42,868 bases of DNA, taken from IMG/VR virus record IMGVR_UViG_3300030019_000007, one strand, 5' to 3'. The notes below the pieces were generated by a model. That model was not told the origin of the DNA. It saw only the letters and a list, made by a program, of their open reading frames with translations, and made no database searches. This document shows positions 32,465 to 41,703 of this stretch, one piece after another. Made by a program: the position numbers and the translations under genes. The DNA comes from a virus (lineage: Duplodnaviria; Heunggongvirae; Uroviricota; Caudoviricetes). How positions within the stretch are numbered: the first letter of the stretch is position 1; the number at the start of each line of letters is the position of its first letter.

Positions 32465-33166
32465 ATGGCAGATTTAAATGACTCAATGGATCTTAATGAT
32501 CTAGATTTACACTTGAATTTTAATAACTTTAATCCTGAAGATATTCAGGTTGAAGAAACTATCAATGCGGTATTCGTTATTGATGTATCACCTTCCGTTA
32601 ATCGATATATTAGCGAGCTGAATGCTGCTTTTAACGATTTTATCCAGACTATGCAACAGTCTCATATTCATGACAGACTTTTTGTCTCAATTCTTGAGTT
32701 TGATGACCGTGTACGTGTACGTTCTGGCTTTCAGCCTATTGCCGGAGTTCCTATTACCCAGTTTAAACCACAAGGTGGTGGGACTGCATTGTATGATGCA
32801 GTAGGAATGGGGATTAAGAATGCTGTGGATTATCGGGAAAATCTTGAGAAAACAGGAATCAATGTGAAAACTTTGGTTTTCTGTATTACCGATGGTGAAG
32901 ACAACTCAAGTTCAATTCGTCCAAGTAAAATAAAGGATACATTAGAAACTATCATGGCAAATGAAGCTAATGCATTCTCTTTCACAACTGTATTATTTGG
33001 TGTAGGTGGAGATTCATCTTTTACTCGGGCTAAAGATCAAATGGGTTTCCAGCATCTTGCTAAAGTAGGTAATACTGGTGCAGAAATTAAGAAGATGATC
33101 AGCTTCATAAGCTCTTCAATTTCAAAATCTTCTTCCGGAGCTAACCCTTTATCAGTTAATTTCTAA
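32465..33166 (+). CDS. vWA protein (TerY-like)
   Basis: DVSPS MIDAS, GGTALYDA, ITDGEDN. Confidence 0.85.
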   Translation: MADLNDSMDLNDLDLHLNFNNFNPEDIQVEETINAVFVIDVSPSVNRYISELNAAFNDFIQTMQQSHIHDRLFVSILEFDDRVRVRSGFQPIAGVPITQFKPQGGGTALYDAVGMGIKNAVDYRENLEKTGINVKTLVFCITDGEDNSSSIRPSKIKDTLETIMANEANAFSFTTVLFGVGGDSSFTRAKDQMGFQHLAKVGNTGAEIKKMISFISSSISKSSSGANPLSVNF

Positions 33167-33876
33167 TGGAAGTAAGAACCTTACTTAAAAGAGGAACAGA
33201 TCATCCCGTTAATTGCGAGGATGATTTGTTCACTTTTAATGATGGCTCTACTTATATTGGAGCTGTCTTCGACGGGTGTAGTACCGGAATAAAGTCCCAC
33301 TTCGCTTCCTCTTTATATGGAAAGATTCTAAAAGATATCTGTGTTAATCTTAGAAATAACTTAGGTAAAGACATTTCTTTAGTATCTCCCTCTTATCTAG
33401 GCAAATTCATCTATGGTGCAATCTATACACAATTGAATCATTTTAAAAATAGGTTGACTCTTGATAATCTTGAGATTCTGTCTACTATGATTCTCGTAGT
33501 AATACGTGATGGAGTATCTTATATACTCGTATCTGGAGATGGTTGTGTCTATGTGGACGGGAAAGAAATTAAAATTGAAAGCCCTGGAAATGCACCTGAT
33601 TATCTTGCTTATCACCTAGATGGTGCAATAGATGGATTTTTATCTCTTAAGGAGTATTCGTTTGATTTTGAGCATACTATATCAGTTTGCTCAGATGGAA
33701 TTTATTCTTTTACTGATAAAGATAAGAAAGATGTTAGTGATACAGTAATTCAAATATTACTTGAAAATGAGTCCTTATTAAAAAGCGAAGCTATGTTAGC
33801 TAGAAAGTATAATCTTCTTTTAAAGGAAAGTTACTCTAACTATGATGATCTCTCAATTGTAAGATTCATAAAATAA
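33166..33876 (+). CDS. PP2C-like protein phosphatase
   Basis: CEDD, VFDGCS, GDG, CSDG, DDLS. Confidence 0.85.
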   Translation: MEVRTLLKRGTDHPVNCEDDLFTFNDGSTYIGAVFDGCSTGIKSHFASSLYGKILKDICVNLRNNLGKDISLVSPSYLGKFIYGAIYTQLNHFKNRLTLDNLEILSTMILVVIRDGVSYILVSGDGCVYVDGKEIKIESPGNAPDYLAYHLDGAIDGFLSLKEYSFDFEHTISVCSDGIYSFTDKDKKDVSDTVIQILLENESLLKSEAMLARKYNLLLKESYSNYDDLSIVRFIK

Positions 33877-33884
33877 TTAACGCA

Positions 33885-34154
33885 ATGGCAAAATGTAAAT
33901 ACACGTGGGAAATAGTCCTACATAAAAGTGTTAGAATTCTTTGTTTAGTTGATTCAAACGTTGGTATGTCTTTGACTAACAACATTGAAGAAGTAGTTGA
34001 GGAGTTAAAAAAAGAACTTCCTGCTTTCCCATCTAAAATTATCTACAAGGATAATGAAGGAAATTGGGATGGTTGGAGTGATGCAAAACAACAATTTATC
34101 TTACTTTTTGCAGATAACAAAAAGCAAGCTTTAAATGAAATAATTACACGATGA
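33885..34154 (+). CDS. hypothetical protein
   Basis: SLTNNIE...IIYKD..G.WDG. Confidence 0.65.
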   Translation: MAKCKYTWEIVLHKSVRILCLVDSNVGMSLTNNIEEVVEELKKELPAFPSKIIYKDNEGNWDGWSDAKQQFILLFADNKKQALNEIITR

Positions 34155-35812
34155 AAATCTACGATAAACTAGGAAATGTAATTACAACATTAGATCTCTC
34201 AAAAGAAATTGCGAGAGGTGGAGAAGGCATGATCATTGATAATGGACCAGAAGTGGTGAAACTATATCTCCCCGGTATAAAGACTATCACAGAAAGAAAA
34301 TACCAAGATCTAACTGAACTAAAGAGTAATACATTCGTCAAACCTGAGAAACTTGTGTATGATATTAAGGGAAAAATCTTAGGCTTTACTATGAGTAAAG
34401 TTCCTTCTGATCACTTTCCAATCCTATCATTGTTCAATAAAACCTTCTGTATCAGGGAGGGAATAACTGATAAAGTTAAAGGTAATATAGCTGAGAAACT
34501 GATTGACGCAATGAAATTTGCACATAGCAAAAACATCATTATTGGAGATTACAATCCTTATAACATTTTAGTTAATGATAGTGGATCTGTATTCTTAATT
34601 GATGTTGACTCTTACGAAACTCCAAATTGTAAACATTCTGGTTTATTGTTCGATGAAATTCGAGATTATCTCTATAATGGAGTAGTAAGTGTCAAATCAG
34701 ACTATTTTTCATTAGGAGTAATTATCTTTAATCTATTAACTTTTGTTCATCCTTTTAAAGGGATAAATAAAAGAGTACCAGGTTTAGCTGATAGAATGGT
34801 CAAGAAACTCCCTATAACAAAGGCAGATCCTGATTTATTTGTACCAAAGTGTTATGCTCCATTAAGTGCTAAAAATTTATCAGATCAGTTTGATAAATTG
34901 TTTCTAAATGGGGATAGATTTATCTTACAACTTAACGCTTCGGTAAATATTCAGCAACAAAAACCTACAACAATAACTATTACAACAGACCAATTGATTA
35001 TGAGAGAAATACTTTTAGGCAATATAGTAACTACAATTAGTAGTAAAACTAGATTAGCAATTACAACTACTCAACATACAATTGTTTACGATGTATCTTC
35101 CAAAGGTCTTTACAAAGTTCTTTACTCATTTAGTGCTAAACCAAAAGATTTAGTATTTATTTCAAATGAAGAAATTTTTCTATTAAGGGATTCTGTATTA
35201 CTTCATGCAAATGGAGATTATAGAACACCTCATGAAGTAAAAGACTTCAAAGGAATGGGGAAACTTAAATGTAGACAATTTGGTAATATTTTAGTAATAG
35301 TATCTGAAAATATGTTATATAAGATTTATATGAATGATATTTTTAATAATGTTGTTCGTATGGAAATAGGTAATGTATATGGCGGAAGATTTACAAATAT
35401 TGATGGGTTATTCCAGAGAGTTGCAACTTCTTCTATTTTATTTTATGAGAAACACGGCCTTAATAGTGTAACTCTCCCAAGAAGTATTAAAAATCTAGTA
35501 CAATCAGGGCAAACTGGTATATTAGAGTACTTCGAAAATGATCAAATTTTCTATAAAATGTTTTCTATCCAGAATTTAAAAGTAGAATTATTTGATTGCT
35601 CTTTCACTGGTATGAGATACTATGACACACTGAATGAAACTACTATTGTTGTTCCTCAAGATGATAAATTATCATTTATGAGAACAACTGACATGGTTGC
35701 AATCTTAGAATTACAGTGTAATGTAGTTTCAGAAAATTCAGTTATTCACTGCACAAATGCAGGAATCGTTATTAGCAATCCTTCCGGTGTATATTTAACC
35801 AATAAAAAATAA
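34151..35812 (+). CDS. Ser/Thr protein kinase with beta-rich C-terminal region
   Basis: GGEG, VVKLY, GDYNPYNILV, IDVDSY, HPF. Confidence 0.88.
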   Translation: MKIYDKLGNVITTLDLSKEIARGGEGMIIDNGPEVVKLYLPGIKTITERKYQDLTELKSNTFVKPEKLVYDIKGKILGFTMSKVPSDHFPILSLFNKTFCIREGITDKVKGNIAEKLIDAMKFAHSKNIIIGDYNPYNILVNDSGSVFLIDVDSYETPNCKHSGLLFDEIRDYLYNGVVSVKSDYFSLGVIIFNLLTFVHPFKGINKRVPGLADRMVKKLPITKADPDLFVPKCYAPLSAKNLSDQFDKLFLNGDRFILQLNASVNIQQQKPTTITITTDQLIMREILLGNIVTTISSKTRLAITTTQHTIVYDVSSKGLYKVLYSFSAKPKDLVFISNEEIFLLRDSVLLHANGDYRTPHEVKDFKGMGKLKCRQFGNILVIVSENMLYKIYMNDIFNNVVRMEIGNVYGGRFTNIDGLFQRVATSSILFYEKHGLNSVTLPRSIKNLVQSGQTGILEYFENDQIFYKMFSIQNLKVELFDCSFTGMRYYDTLNETTIVVPQDDKLSFMRTTDMVAILELQCNVVSENSVIHCTNAGIVISNPSGVYLTNKK

Positions 35813-35819
35813 TATATAT

Positions 35820-36146
35820 ATGCGAAAAAAGCTAATGCTTACTATTCTACAGGGCAACGAATTATATGGCGTTGACGAGAATGATAAAGTTGTATTGAAC
35901 CCAGAAGATTTTAGAGGAACCGTCTCTAAATCAATTTCTCTAGGACAATTAAAAGAAGGTGACTTCTTTGAGATAGAGGTTGATTCAGATCGTAATCCTA
36001 TTAGAAGACCTTTTGATAACACTGTGGCGGTACATACTCCAATTGAGAAAAGGTACTCTAAACAAGATGTTATAGAAATTATTAAAAAAGTTCAAATTCT
36101 TGTAGAAGAAGGAGAAGACGTTGATATAACGTTACTATTATTATAA
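35820..36146 (+). CDS. hypothetical protein
   Basis: ORF track; ends DITLLLL. Confidence 0.65.
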   Translation: MRKKLMLTILQGNELYGVDENDKVVLNPEDFRGTVSKSISLGQLKEGDFFEIEVDSDRNPIRRPFDNTVAVHTPIEKRYSKQDVIEIIKKVQILVEEGEDVDITLLLL

Positions 36147-36170
36147 ATCCAACATTAAAGACACTTAGCA

Positions 36171-36572
36171 ATGAGCGCAAGCGAAAAAAAATCTTCTGAT
36201 AAGAAGAAAGAAATGCAACCCATTAATCCAGCAGATGATGCTATGATGGTAAGAGAAGGATTAAGAAATCCTTTATTTATTCAAGATCCAGAGTGGTCTA
36301 GGAAGACTTCCCCTGAAAAAGCAGCTGCTAAGCGTGTTGCTAAAATCAAGGGGTTAAGGGCTTCTGCCCCAGGTAAGACTATTAGGACTGTAAAACACAG
36401 ACTTGTAGTTCACCTTAAGAACCCAAACCAAGTGGAAAAATTTAAAACCACTTATTCTGAGCAGTTATATGCTGATCAAGTTTTAGGGTATCTTCTAACC
36501 ACTTTTGATAAATTAAAAGGAGAAATCCTTATCGTTTATTATAATGGAAAAGTCTTCCCTTATTCCAATTAA
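36171..36572 (+). CDS. hypothetical protein
   Basis: ORF track. Confidence 0.65.
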   Translation: MSASEKKSSDKKKEMQPINPADDAMMVREGLRNPLFIQDPEWSRKTSPEKAAAKRVAKIKGLRASAPGKTIRTVKHRLVVHLKNPNQVEKFKTTYSEQLYADQVLGYLLTTFDKLKGEILIVYYNGKVFPYSN

Positions 36573-36621
36573 TTTCATTAATATTTGATTTTTATAATTA
36601 ACTTTGTAAAAATTTAATATT

Positions 36622-37155
36622 ATGGAAAAAATTGTAATTAGTGAGAAAAGACGAATGACTTACCTTAGTGATGAGGTAGCGGAACTGTTTATAAAACAAG
36701 TAGCACATGAGAAACAAAACAATTTACTATATCTTAATGCTCACATTTGGTGTGATGTACGAGGATTAATAGGAAATTCAGTTTATTTTCAAACAGCTGC
36801 TGATGGAGAACTAGTTCACTCTAAATTAGTACTTGACCATTTAGTTGAGAGTAACTATAGTTTCACTATACCTGCCCTAGAAGAACAAGAATTGGACATT
36901 AAGGGGGAAACTCCCTTTGAACAATTGAAAAGTTTACATGAAGCAGCTATGACACGTGAAATTGAAACTACTGAACTAATACTTAATATCTGTAAGGTAT
37001 GCTTAGAAAAAGGAGATTTTATATCTTTTAACGCTATACAACCTTTAGTAATTGAGCAACGTGAAGAAGAAAATAAGCAAAGTACTGCATTGGATCAGTT
37101 TGATTTTAGTCAAGATTTGATTATGTTAGATAACAGAATTAAAGAATTAGCATAA
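36622..37155 (+). CDS. ferritin-like protein
   Basis: QVAHE...LY...ELVH...E..TT...EQREEE ferroxidase-type pattern; own promoter box TAACTTTG (36599) and terminator. Confidence 0.85.
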   Translation: MEKIVISEKRRMTYLSDEVAELFIKQVAHEKQNNLLYLNAHIWCDVRGLIGNSVYFQTAADGELVHSKLVLDHLVESNYSFTIPALEEQELDIKGETPFEQLKSLHEAAMTREIETTELILNICKVCLEKGDFISFNAIQPLVIEQREEENKQSTALDQFDFSQDLIMLDNRIKELA

Positions 37156-37198
37156 ATGGAGAGAAATCCCTCCATTTTTATTTTAATAAAAAGAAAAA

Positions 37199-37570
37199 AT
37201 GAAAGAACGTATAAGATTATTTTTTAAATACACAATGCTTAGATATCGTGCTTCCAAAGCACTTACCTGCGAATGGACAGAGGAAGAACTTGAATTACTT
37301 AATTTTGTAAAATTGCATATAAGAAAAAGTACTTCAATCGAAACTAGTGACGATGGTGCTATAACTAAGATAATTAGCGGTACTATCGAATTTACTTTAC
37401 ATAAAGATAGATTGATTGTGACAAACACCCAATCTTATTTAGATGTAAAAGTGGGAGAATTGGTCAAACGAGTACTTAATTCCTATATTAAAAGAGTACT
37501 TTCTTATCGTATCCTTGTCTTTAACAAAAAATGTAAAGGACAAGTTAAAAAACTTATCAATGGTTTCTAA
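37199..37570 (+). CDS. hypothetical protein
   Basis: ORF track. Confidence 0.6.
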   Translation: MKERIRLFFKYTMLRYRASKALTCEWTEEELELLNFVKLHIRKSTSIETSDDGAITKIISGTIEFTLHKDRLIVTNTQSYLDVKVGELVKRVLNSYIKRVLSYRILVFNKKCKGQVKKLINGF

Positions 37571-37817
37571 AGACGATCTTATACCTTTAGGCTTTTCTGA
37601 GAAATCAGAAAATGTCTTTATTAAGAGTTACATGCAAAATCAAATGACTATAAATGGGATACCTCAAGGTGTCCCATTTATTTTTGAAATGACTTTAGAC
37701 AATTCAGATGAGGAACTTGGGACAAATATTGAATTTCGTATTGATGGAACACTCGGTATGACAGGATATTATAAAGATTTTAAGGATTTACAATCTTCAA
37801 TGAGAATGAAATTATGA
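37560..37817 (+). CDS. hypothetical protein
   Basis: Probable start MVSKDDL. Confidence 0.6.
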   Translation: MVSKDDLIPLGFSEKSENVFIKSYMQNQMTINGIPQGVPFIFEMTLDNSDEELGTNIEFRIDGTLGMTGYYKDFKDLQSSMRMKL

Positions 37818-37974
37818 AGTGGATAACTGAAAAAAAAGAGGCTTTAAAAGGCTGGTATAGATGTTGGTTTAGTTTTAATTTTCACGATGTCCATATGGAA
37901 CAGGATGACATCAAGAAAGTACCAGACATGCATAATGAATACACCTGTCAAAGGTGTGGTAAAATTTTTAAGAA

Positions 37975-38259
37975 ATGAAATATATAGGAATTCCAGATGG
38001 TTGGGAAGTTGATCAAGAAAAATTAAAGGAATTAATTTTAGTTCCTTCTAAAACCTATTCGATAGGAAATCGGTTTAGACACAATGATAAGACTTACTTA
38101 TTATGTGCTGTTATGCCAGGTTCAATAGGTTTTATAAATATTGAGAATGGTAAAAGATTTAATGGTCCAGTAAAAGTCTCCGATGTAGCATCTGTTAAAA
38201 TAAGTGAACTTGAAGAATTATTAGAGAGTGAATTTAACACCTTTGAATTAATTGAATGA
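37975..38259 (+). CDS. hypothetical protein (paralog of 40439..40753)
   Basis: IPDGWEVD...GNRF..Y.L...INIENG. Confidence 0.65.
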   Translation: MKYIGIPDGWEVDQEKLKELILVPSKTYSIGNRFRHNDKTYLLCAVMPGSIGFINIENGKRFNGPVKVSDVASVKISELEELLESEFNTFELIE

Positions 38260-38825
38260 AGTACTATGCAGTCCGCTTAGGGCATGATGTCCCACAAGTT
38301 TATACTTCCTGGGCAGATTGTGAAAAAGCTGTTAAAGGCTTTAAAGGAGCTAAATTTAAGAGTTTTCCAACACAAGATCTTGCTGATGCTTATCTTGAGA
38401 CTATTGAGGATGTATTAACAACATATCCTGAGGGTCATCATATTACCGTAGATGCTTCTAGTTCAATTAAACATAACTTCTGGGAATTCCAGATGGTATG
38501 GAGTGACACTAAAGAAGTTATCTATAAATCTCCCACTTATCAAGATGGTACTAATAATACCGGTGAAGTAATGGGATTATGCTATGCTGTAAAGTATAGA
38601 GCAGAACATAAATTAGATTGTAATATTTATACTGATTCCATGACAGCTATTTCAGCTGTTGATAAAGGAATCTATAATATGAAATCTGATTTAATATCTT
38701 TGGATACTAGACTTCTAATCATGGTTATGCTTGGTGAAGCACATGATCTGAATCGTGATAATATTATTCATTACAATAACAGACTGATTGGTATAGAAAT
38801 ACCAGCTGATTTTAACCGTAAATAA
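38256..38825 (+). CDS. rnhA: ribonuclease HI with N-terminal hybrid-binding domain
   Basis: YYAV..G...VYTSWADC..AVKGF.GAKFKSF; VDAS, TNNTGE, YTDS, EIPADF. Confidence 0.88.
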   Translation: MKYYAVRLGHDVPQVYTSWADCEKAVKGFKGAKFKSFPTQDLADAYLETIEDVLTTYPEGHHITVDASSSIKHNFWEFQMVWSDTKEVIYKSPTYQDGTNNTGEVMGLCYAVKYRAEHKLDCNIYTDSMTAISAVDKGIYNMKSDLISLDTRLLIMVMLGEAHDLNRDNIIHYNNRLIGIEIPADFNRK

Positions 38826-38832
38826 GTAAACT

Positions 38833-39054
38833 ATGTTAGATTATAGAGAATTACCCAAAGAGGATAAGAAAATTGTTAATAAAGAGATTCACAGTAATTT
38901 TAGTGGTTTAGTTTTTAAAACCCCTGACATGAGTGAATTACAGACTATGCTTATTAGAATTCATTTAGGTAAAAACTGTGCAAACTGTTTTTGTCTTGCT
39001 GAAGAATGTGAGTGTGCTGAAATTGAAGGGAACTTAAAAATTGAAGAAGAATAG
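38833..39054 (+). CDS. hypothetical protein
   Basis: ORF track. Confidence 0.55.
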   Translation: MLDYRELPKEDKKIVNKEIHSNFSGLVFKTPDMSELQTMLIRIHLGKNCANCFCLAEECECAEIEGNLKIEEE

Positions 39055-39134
39055 AAGAATCTGGTGTATTACATTAATAAAATTTGATTATTGATTGAAA
39101 TGTACTATCTTTGTGTCTCATTAATTAATATAAA

Positions 39135-39692
39135 ATGAGTATAAGAAAATCAACTGGAACCAAAATTTGTGAATGTGGTGCAATTAAAGATTATAGAGCT
39201 AAACAATGTGCTAAATGTGCTGGAAAATCAGTGCCAATTACTGAAAATGGATTTATAATCTATGATGATGTTGCTATTAAAGAAGCAATTAGAACTTCTA
39301 CTACCTTTGTGGAAGCAGCTATTAAAGCAAATCATAGCAGAAAAACTTTAGGTAGATATGTCTCTAAATATAAAATTGATATATCTCATTTTAAAGGTGC
39401 TAGTGGACGTAATGTTCCATTAGAAAATGTATTTGTTATTACAGATAAGAGGGTAAATGCCTCAATTAAACGATATGCTTTACTTTATGGTGTATTAGAG
39501 GATAAATGTGGAATATGTGGACAAGAACCTACTTGGAATAATCAAAATTTGTTATTAGAGTTGCATCATATCAATGGTAATCCTTTAGATAACACTATTA
39601 AGAATATTCAGCTTTTGTGCCCTAATTGCCATTCTCAAACAGATAATAATAAAGGTAAAAATAGTAAAGGAATTAAAAAGAATAAGAAATGA
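39135..39692 (+). CDS. HNH homing endonuclease
   Basis: CGIC...LHHINGNPLDN...LLCPNCHSQ; promoter TTTG 39083 plus TATCTTTG 39106. Confidence 0.9.
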   Translation: MSIRKSTGTKICECGAIKDYRAKQCAKCAGKSVPITENGFIIYDDVAIKEAIRTSTTFVEAAIKANHSRKTLGRYVSKYKIDISHFKGASGRNVPLENVFVITDKRVNASIKRYALLYGVLEDKCGICGQEPTWNNQNLLLELHHINGNPLDNTIKNIQLLCPNCHSQTDNNKGKNSKGIKKNKK

Positions 39693-40249
39693 TTTATTTC
39701 ACAGCAGATCAGCACTTTGGGCATGCTAATATTATCAAATACTGTTTTCGCCCATTTTCATCTACAGATGAAATGGATCAAGTTATTATTGATAACTGGA
39801 ATTCAGTTGTTGGCGAAGATGATCTAGTTTATGTACTTGGAGATATTACCATGGGTTTTAGTAAAAAACGCATGAAAGCCATATTTGATAAATTAAATGG
39901 AACTAAAATACTAATCAAAGGAAATCATGATAAAGGGCATATCCCTTATGCAGCCTTTGAAAATGTGGTAGATAGATTACATTTAATTGGAGATGGATAT
40001 GATTTTATTTTAGTGCATGATCCTGCGGAAGCCTCTGCTAATCATGAGAATGCCCAAAAGTATCTATGTGGCCACTTACATAGTGGACCACAAGATCGAG
40101 TATATAGGAATTGGATTGACTGTGGAGTAGATGCAAATAATTTTACTCCTATTTTATTAGATGAATGCTTAAAAATATTTAAAGATGAATCCGAAAAAAA
40201 ACTTAGTGTTAATGAGTTGTTGCAGTCTGGAACACCAGCTGGTAGTTAG
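39689..40249 (+). CDS. calcineurin-like metallophosphoesterase
   Basis: DQHFGH, LGD, GNHD, GHLH. Confidence 0.9.
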   Translation: MIYFTADQHFGHANIIKYCFRPFSSTDEMDQVIIDNWNSVVGEDDLVYVLGDITMGFSKKRMKAIFDKLNGTKILIKGNHDKGHIPYAAFENVVDRLHLIGDGYDFILVHDPAEASANHENAQKYLCGHLHSGPQDRVYRNWIDCGVDANNFTPILLDECLKIFKDESEKKLSVNELLQSGTPAGS

Positions 40250-40442
40250 TTTAAGCGCTGGAATTGTTGTGGTGCAAGTACATCTTGTAAATTATCGCAA
40301 TTTCTTCCAAAGAGTATTAGTAGGAATTAAGTATGTATTTGGGTATAAATCTAAATACGGTGATTGGGACGAGATGGTTCTCGATGAAACTCATATCCCA
40401 CAATTGGAGGAAACTCTAAAATATTTAAAAGGTAAAGAATGA
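40185..40442 (+). CDS. hypothetical protein
   Basis: ORF track. Confidence 0.6.
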   Translation: MNPKKNLVLMSCCSLEHQLVVSLSAGIVVVQVHLVNYRNFFQRVLVGIKYVFGYKSKYGDWDEMVLDETHIPQLEETLKYLKGKE

Positions 40443-40753
40443 GAAAATCTATAATAATCGATGTACCTGAAGGTTGGGAAATCGATGAAGCTGCTGTACA
40501 GAAAGTTGCTTTAAGGAAAAAACCTCGAATCTTTCATGGGGGAGATAGGTTTCAGCATATAGACGGGGGTATGTATATATTAGCTAGAGTTGATATAAAC
40601 TCAATAACTCTTATTAATTTAAAAAGTGGAAATCGTTGGGCAACCCCCATAATTCCGTCTGATACAATTAATTACTATGAACAAGATTTAAATCTGATGG
40701 CTGGGAGAGATGATTGGAATGAAATATTTACTTTTATATCTCCTAAAGAATGA
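40439..40753 (+). CDS. hypothetical protein (paralog of 37975..38259)
   Basis: VPEGWEID...GDRF..Y.L...INLKSG. Confidence 0.65.
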   Translation: MRKSIIIDVPEGWEIDEAAVQKVALRKKPRIFHGGDRFQHIDGGMYILARVDINSITLINLKSGNRWATPIIPSDTINYYEQDLNLMAGRDDWNEIFTFISPKE

Positions 40754-40815
40754 TCTGTATTTTATTTGTAGTTCTCATAAAAAAGATCTATCTTTACAAT
40801 TATTAAAATAATTAT

Positions 40816-41703
40816 ATGAGAAAAACTACAAATGAAGAATATAGTAAACTTTTAAAGGAACACAATCCTAACTTAACTCTTTTATCTGAATTTAAAGGAT
40901 GGGCAAAAATGGTGTTAGTATCTGATTTAGATACTATTGTCTATGATGTAAATGCTAGAAGTTTGCTACAAAATAAAGCACCTTCAATTAGATCTGCTTT
41001 AAATAAAACTGTTGCATTTAACATTAAAATGCAAAAACTATTTCCAGATTTACACATCGAGAAAGAGTATACAGTAGGTAATAAAAAGATGGAAGTTTTA
41101 GATAATTTAGGAATTATATATTTAGTAAAACCTGAAAGTATTTTATTAGGGCAGTATCCTTCCATTGAAAGTGCAATTGACAAAGACAAAGCATTTGCAT
41201 TAAAAGCTGGAGACATTCATGGAGATCTGTATGATTATTCTTTAGTACACTATCAAAGTGATAAAGATATAGTATCCATTGTTTGCAAAGACCATGGTAT
41301 TTTTTATCAAAGACCTAATAATCATATTACTCAAAAACAAGGATGCCCTCTATGTAATCAAACAAGAGGTTGGAGTAAACCAGAATGGCTAAAGTATTCT
41401 GAGAATAAATTTTGTACTTTGTACAAGATACGATGCTGGAATGAAACTGAAAATTTTATAAAAATAGGAATAACATCTGGATCTGTAAATAAACGATTTA
41501 CAGGAAAGAGAAGTATGCCTTACAATTATGAAATACTACAAGAAATTCCAGGAACTGGTGAAGAAGTTTGGAATTTAGAACAAAAATTACATAAACAATT
41601 TAAACAATTTAAATATATGCCTGAAATTAAATTTCACGGAAGACAAGAATGTTTCCAAATAACCATTTATAACTCACTGTATGCTATGCATTTACCACTC
41701 TAA
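40816..41703 (+). CDS. homing endonuclease with C-terminal GIY-YIG/T5orf172-like domain
   Basis: YDYS...C..HG.F.Q...H....GCP.C repeat; LYKI...FIKIGIT...R...E...G..ECF. Confidence 0.8.
   Translation: MRKTTNEEYSKLLKEHNPNLTLLSEFKGWAKMVLVSDLDTIVYDVNARSLLQNKAPSIRSALNKTVAFNIKMQKLFPDLHIEKEYTVGNKKMEVLDNLGIIYLVKPESILLGQYPSIESAIDKDKAFALKAGDIHGDLYDYSLVHYQSDKDIVSIVCKDHGIFYQRPNNHITQKQGCPLCNQTRGWSKPEWLKYSENKFCTLYKIRCWNETENFIKIGITSGSVNKRFTGKRSMPYNYEILQEIPGTGEEVWNLEQKLHKQFKQFKYMPEIKFHGRQECFQITIYNSLYAMHLPL

Noticed and set aside
31840-32804. Nested + strand ORFs 31840..32124 and 32622..32804
   Set aside because: Alternative frames inside the nicotinamidase and vWA genes with no recognisable features
1794-41216. 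All minus-strand ORFs in the track (e.g. 3671..4462, 31770..32204, 40941..41216)
   Set aside because: They are antisense shadows of well-supported + strand genes or tRNAs, with no motifs; every promoter and terminator seen points in the + direction
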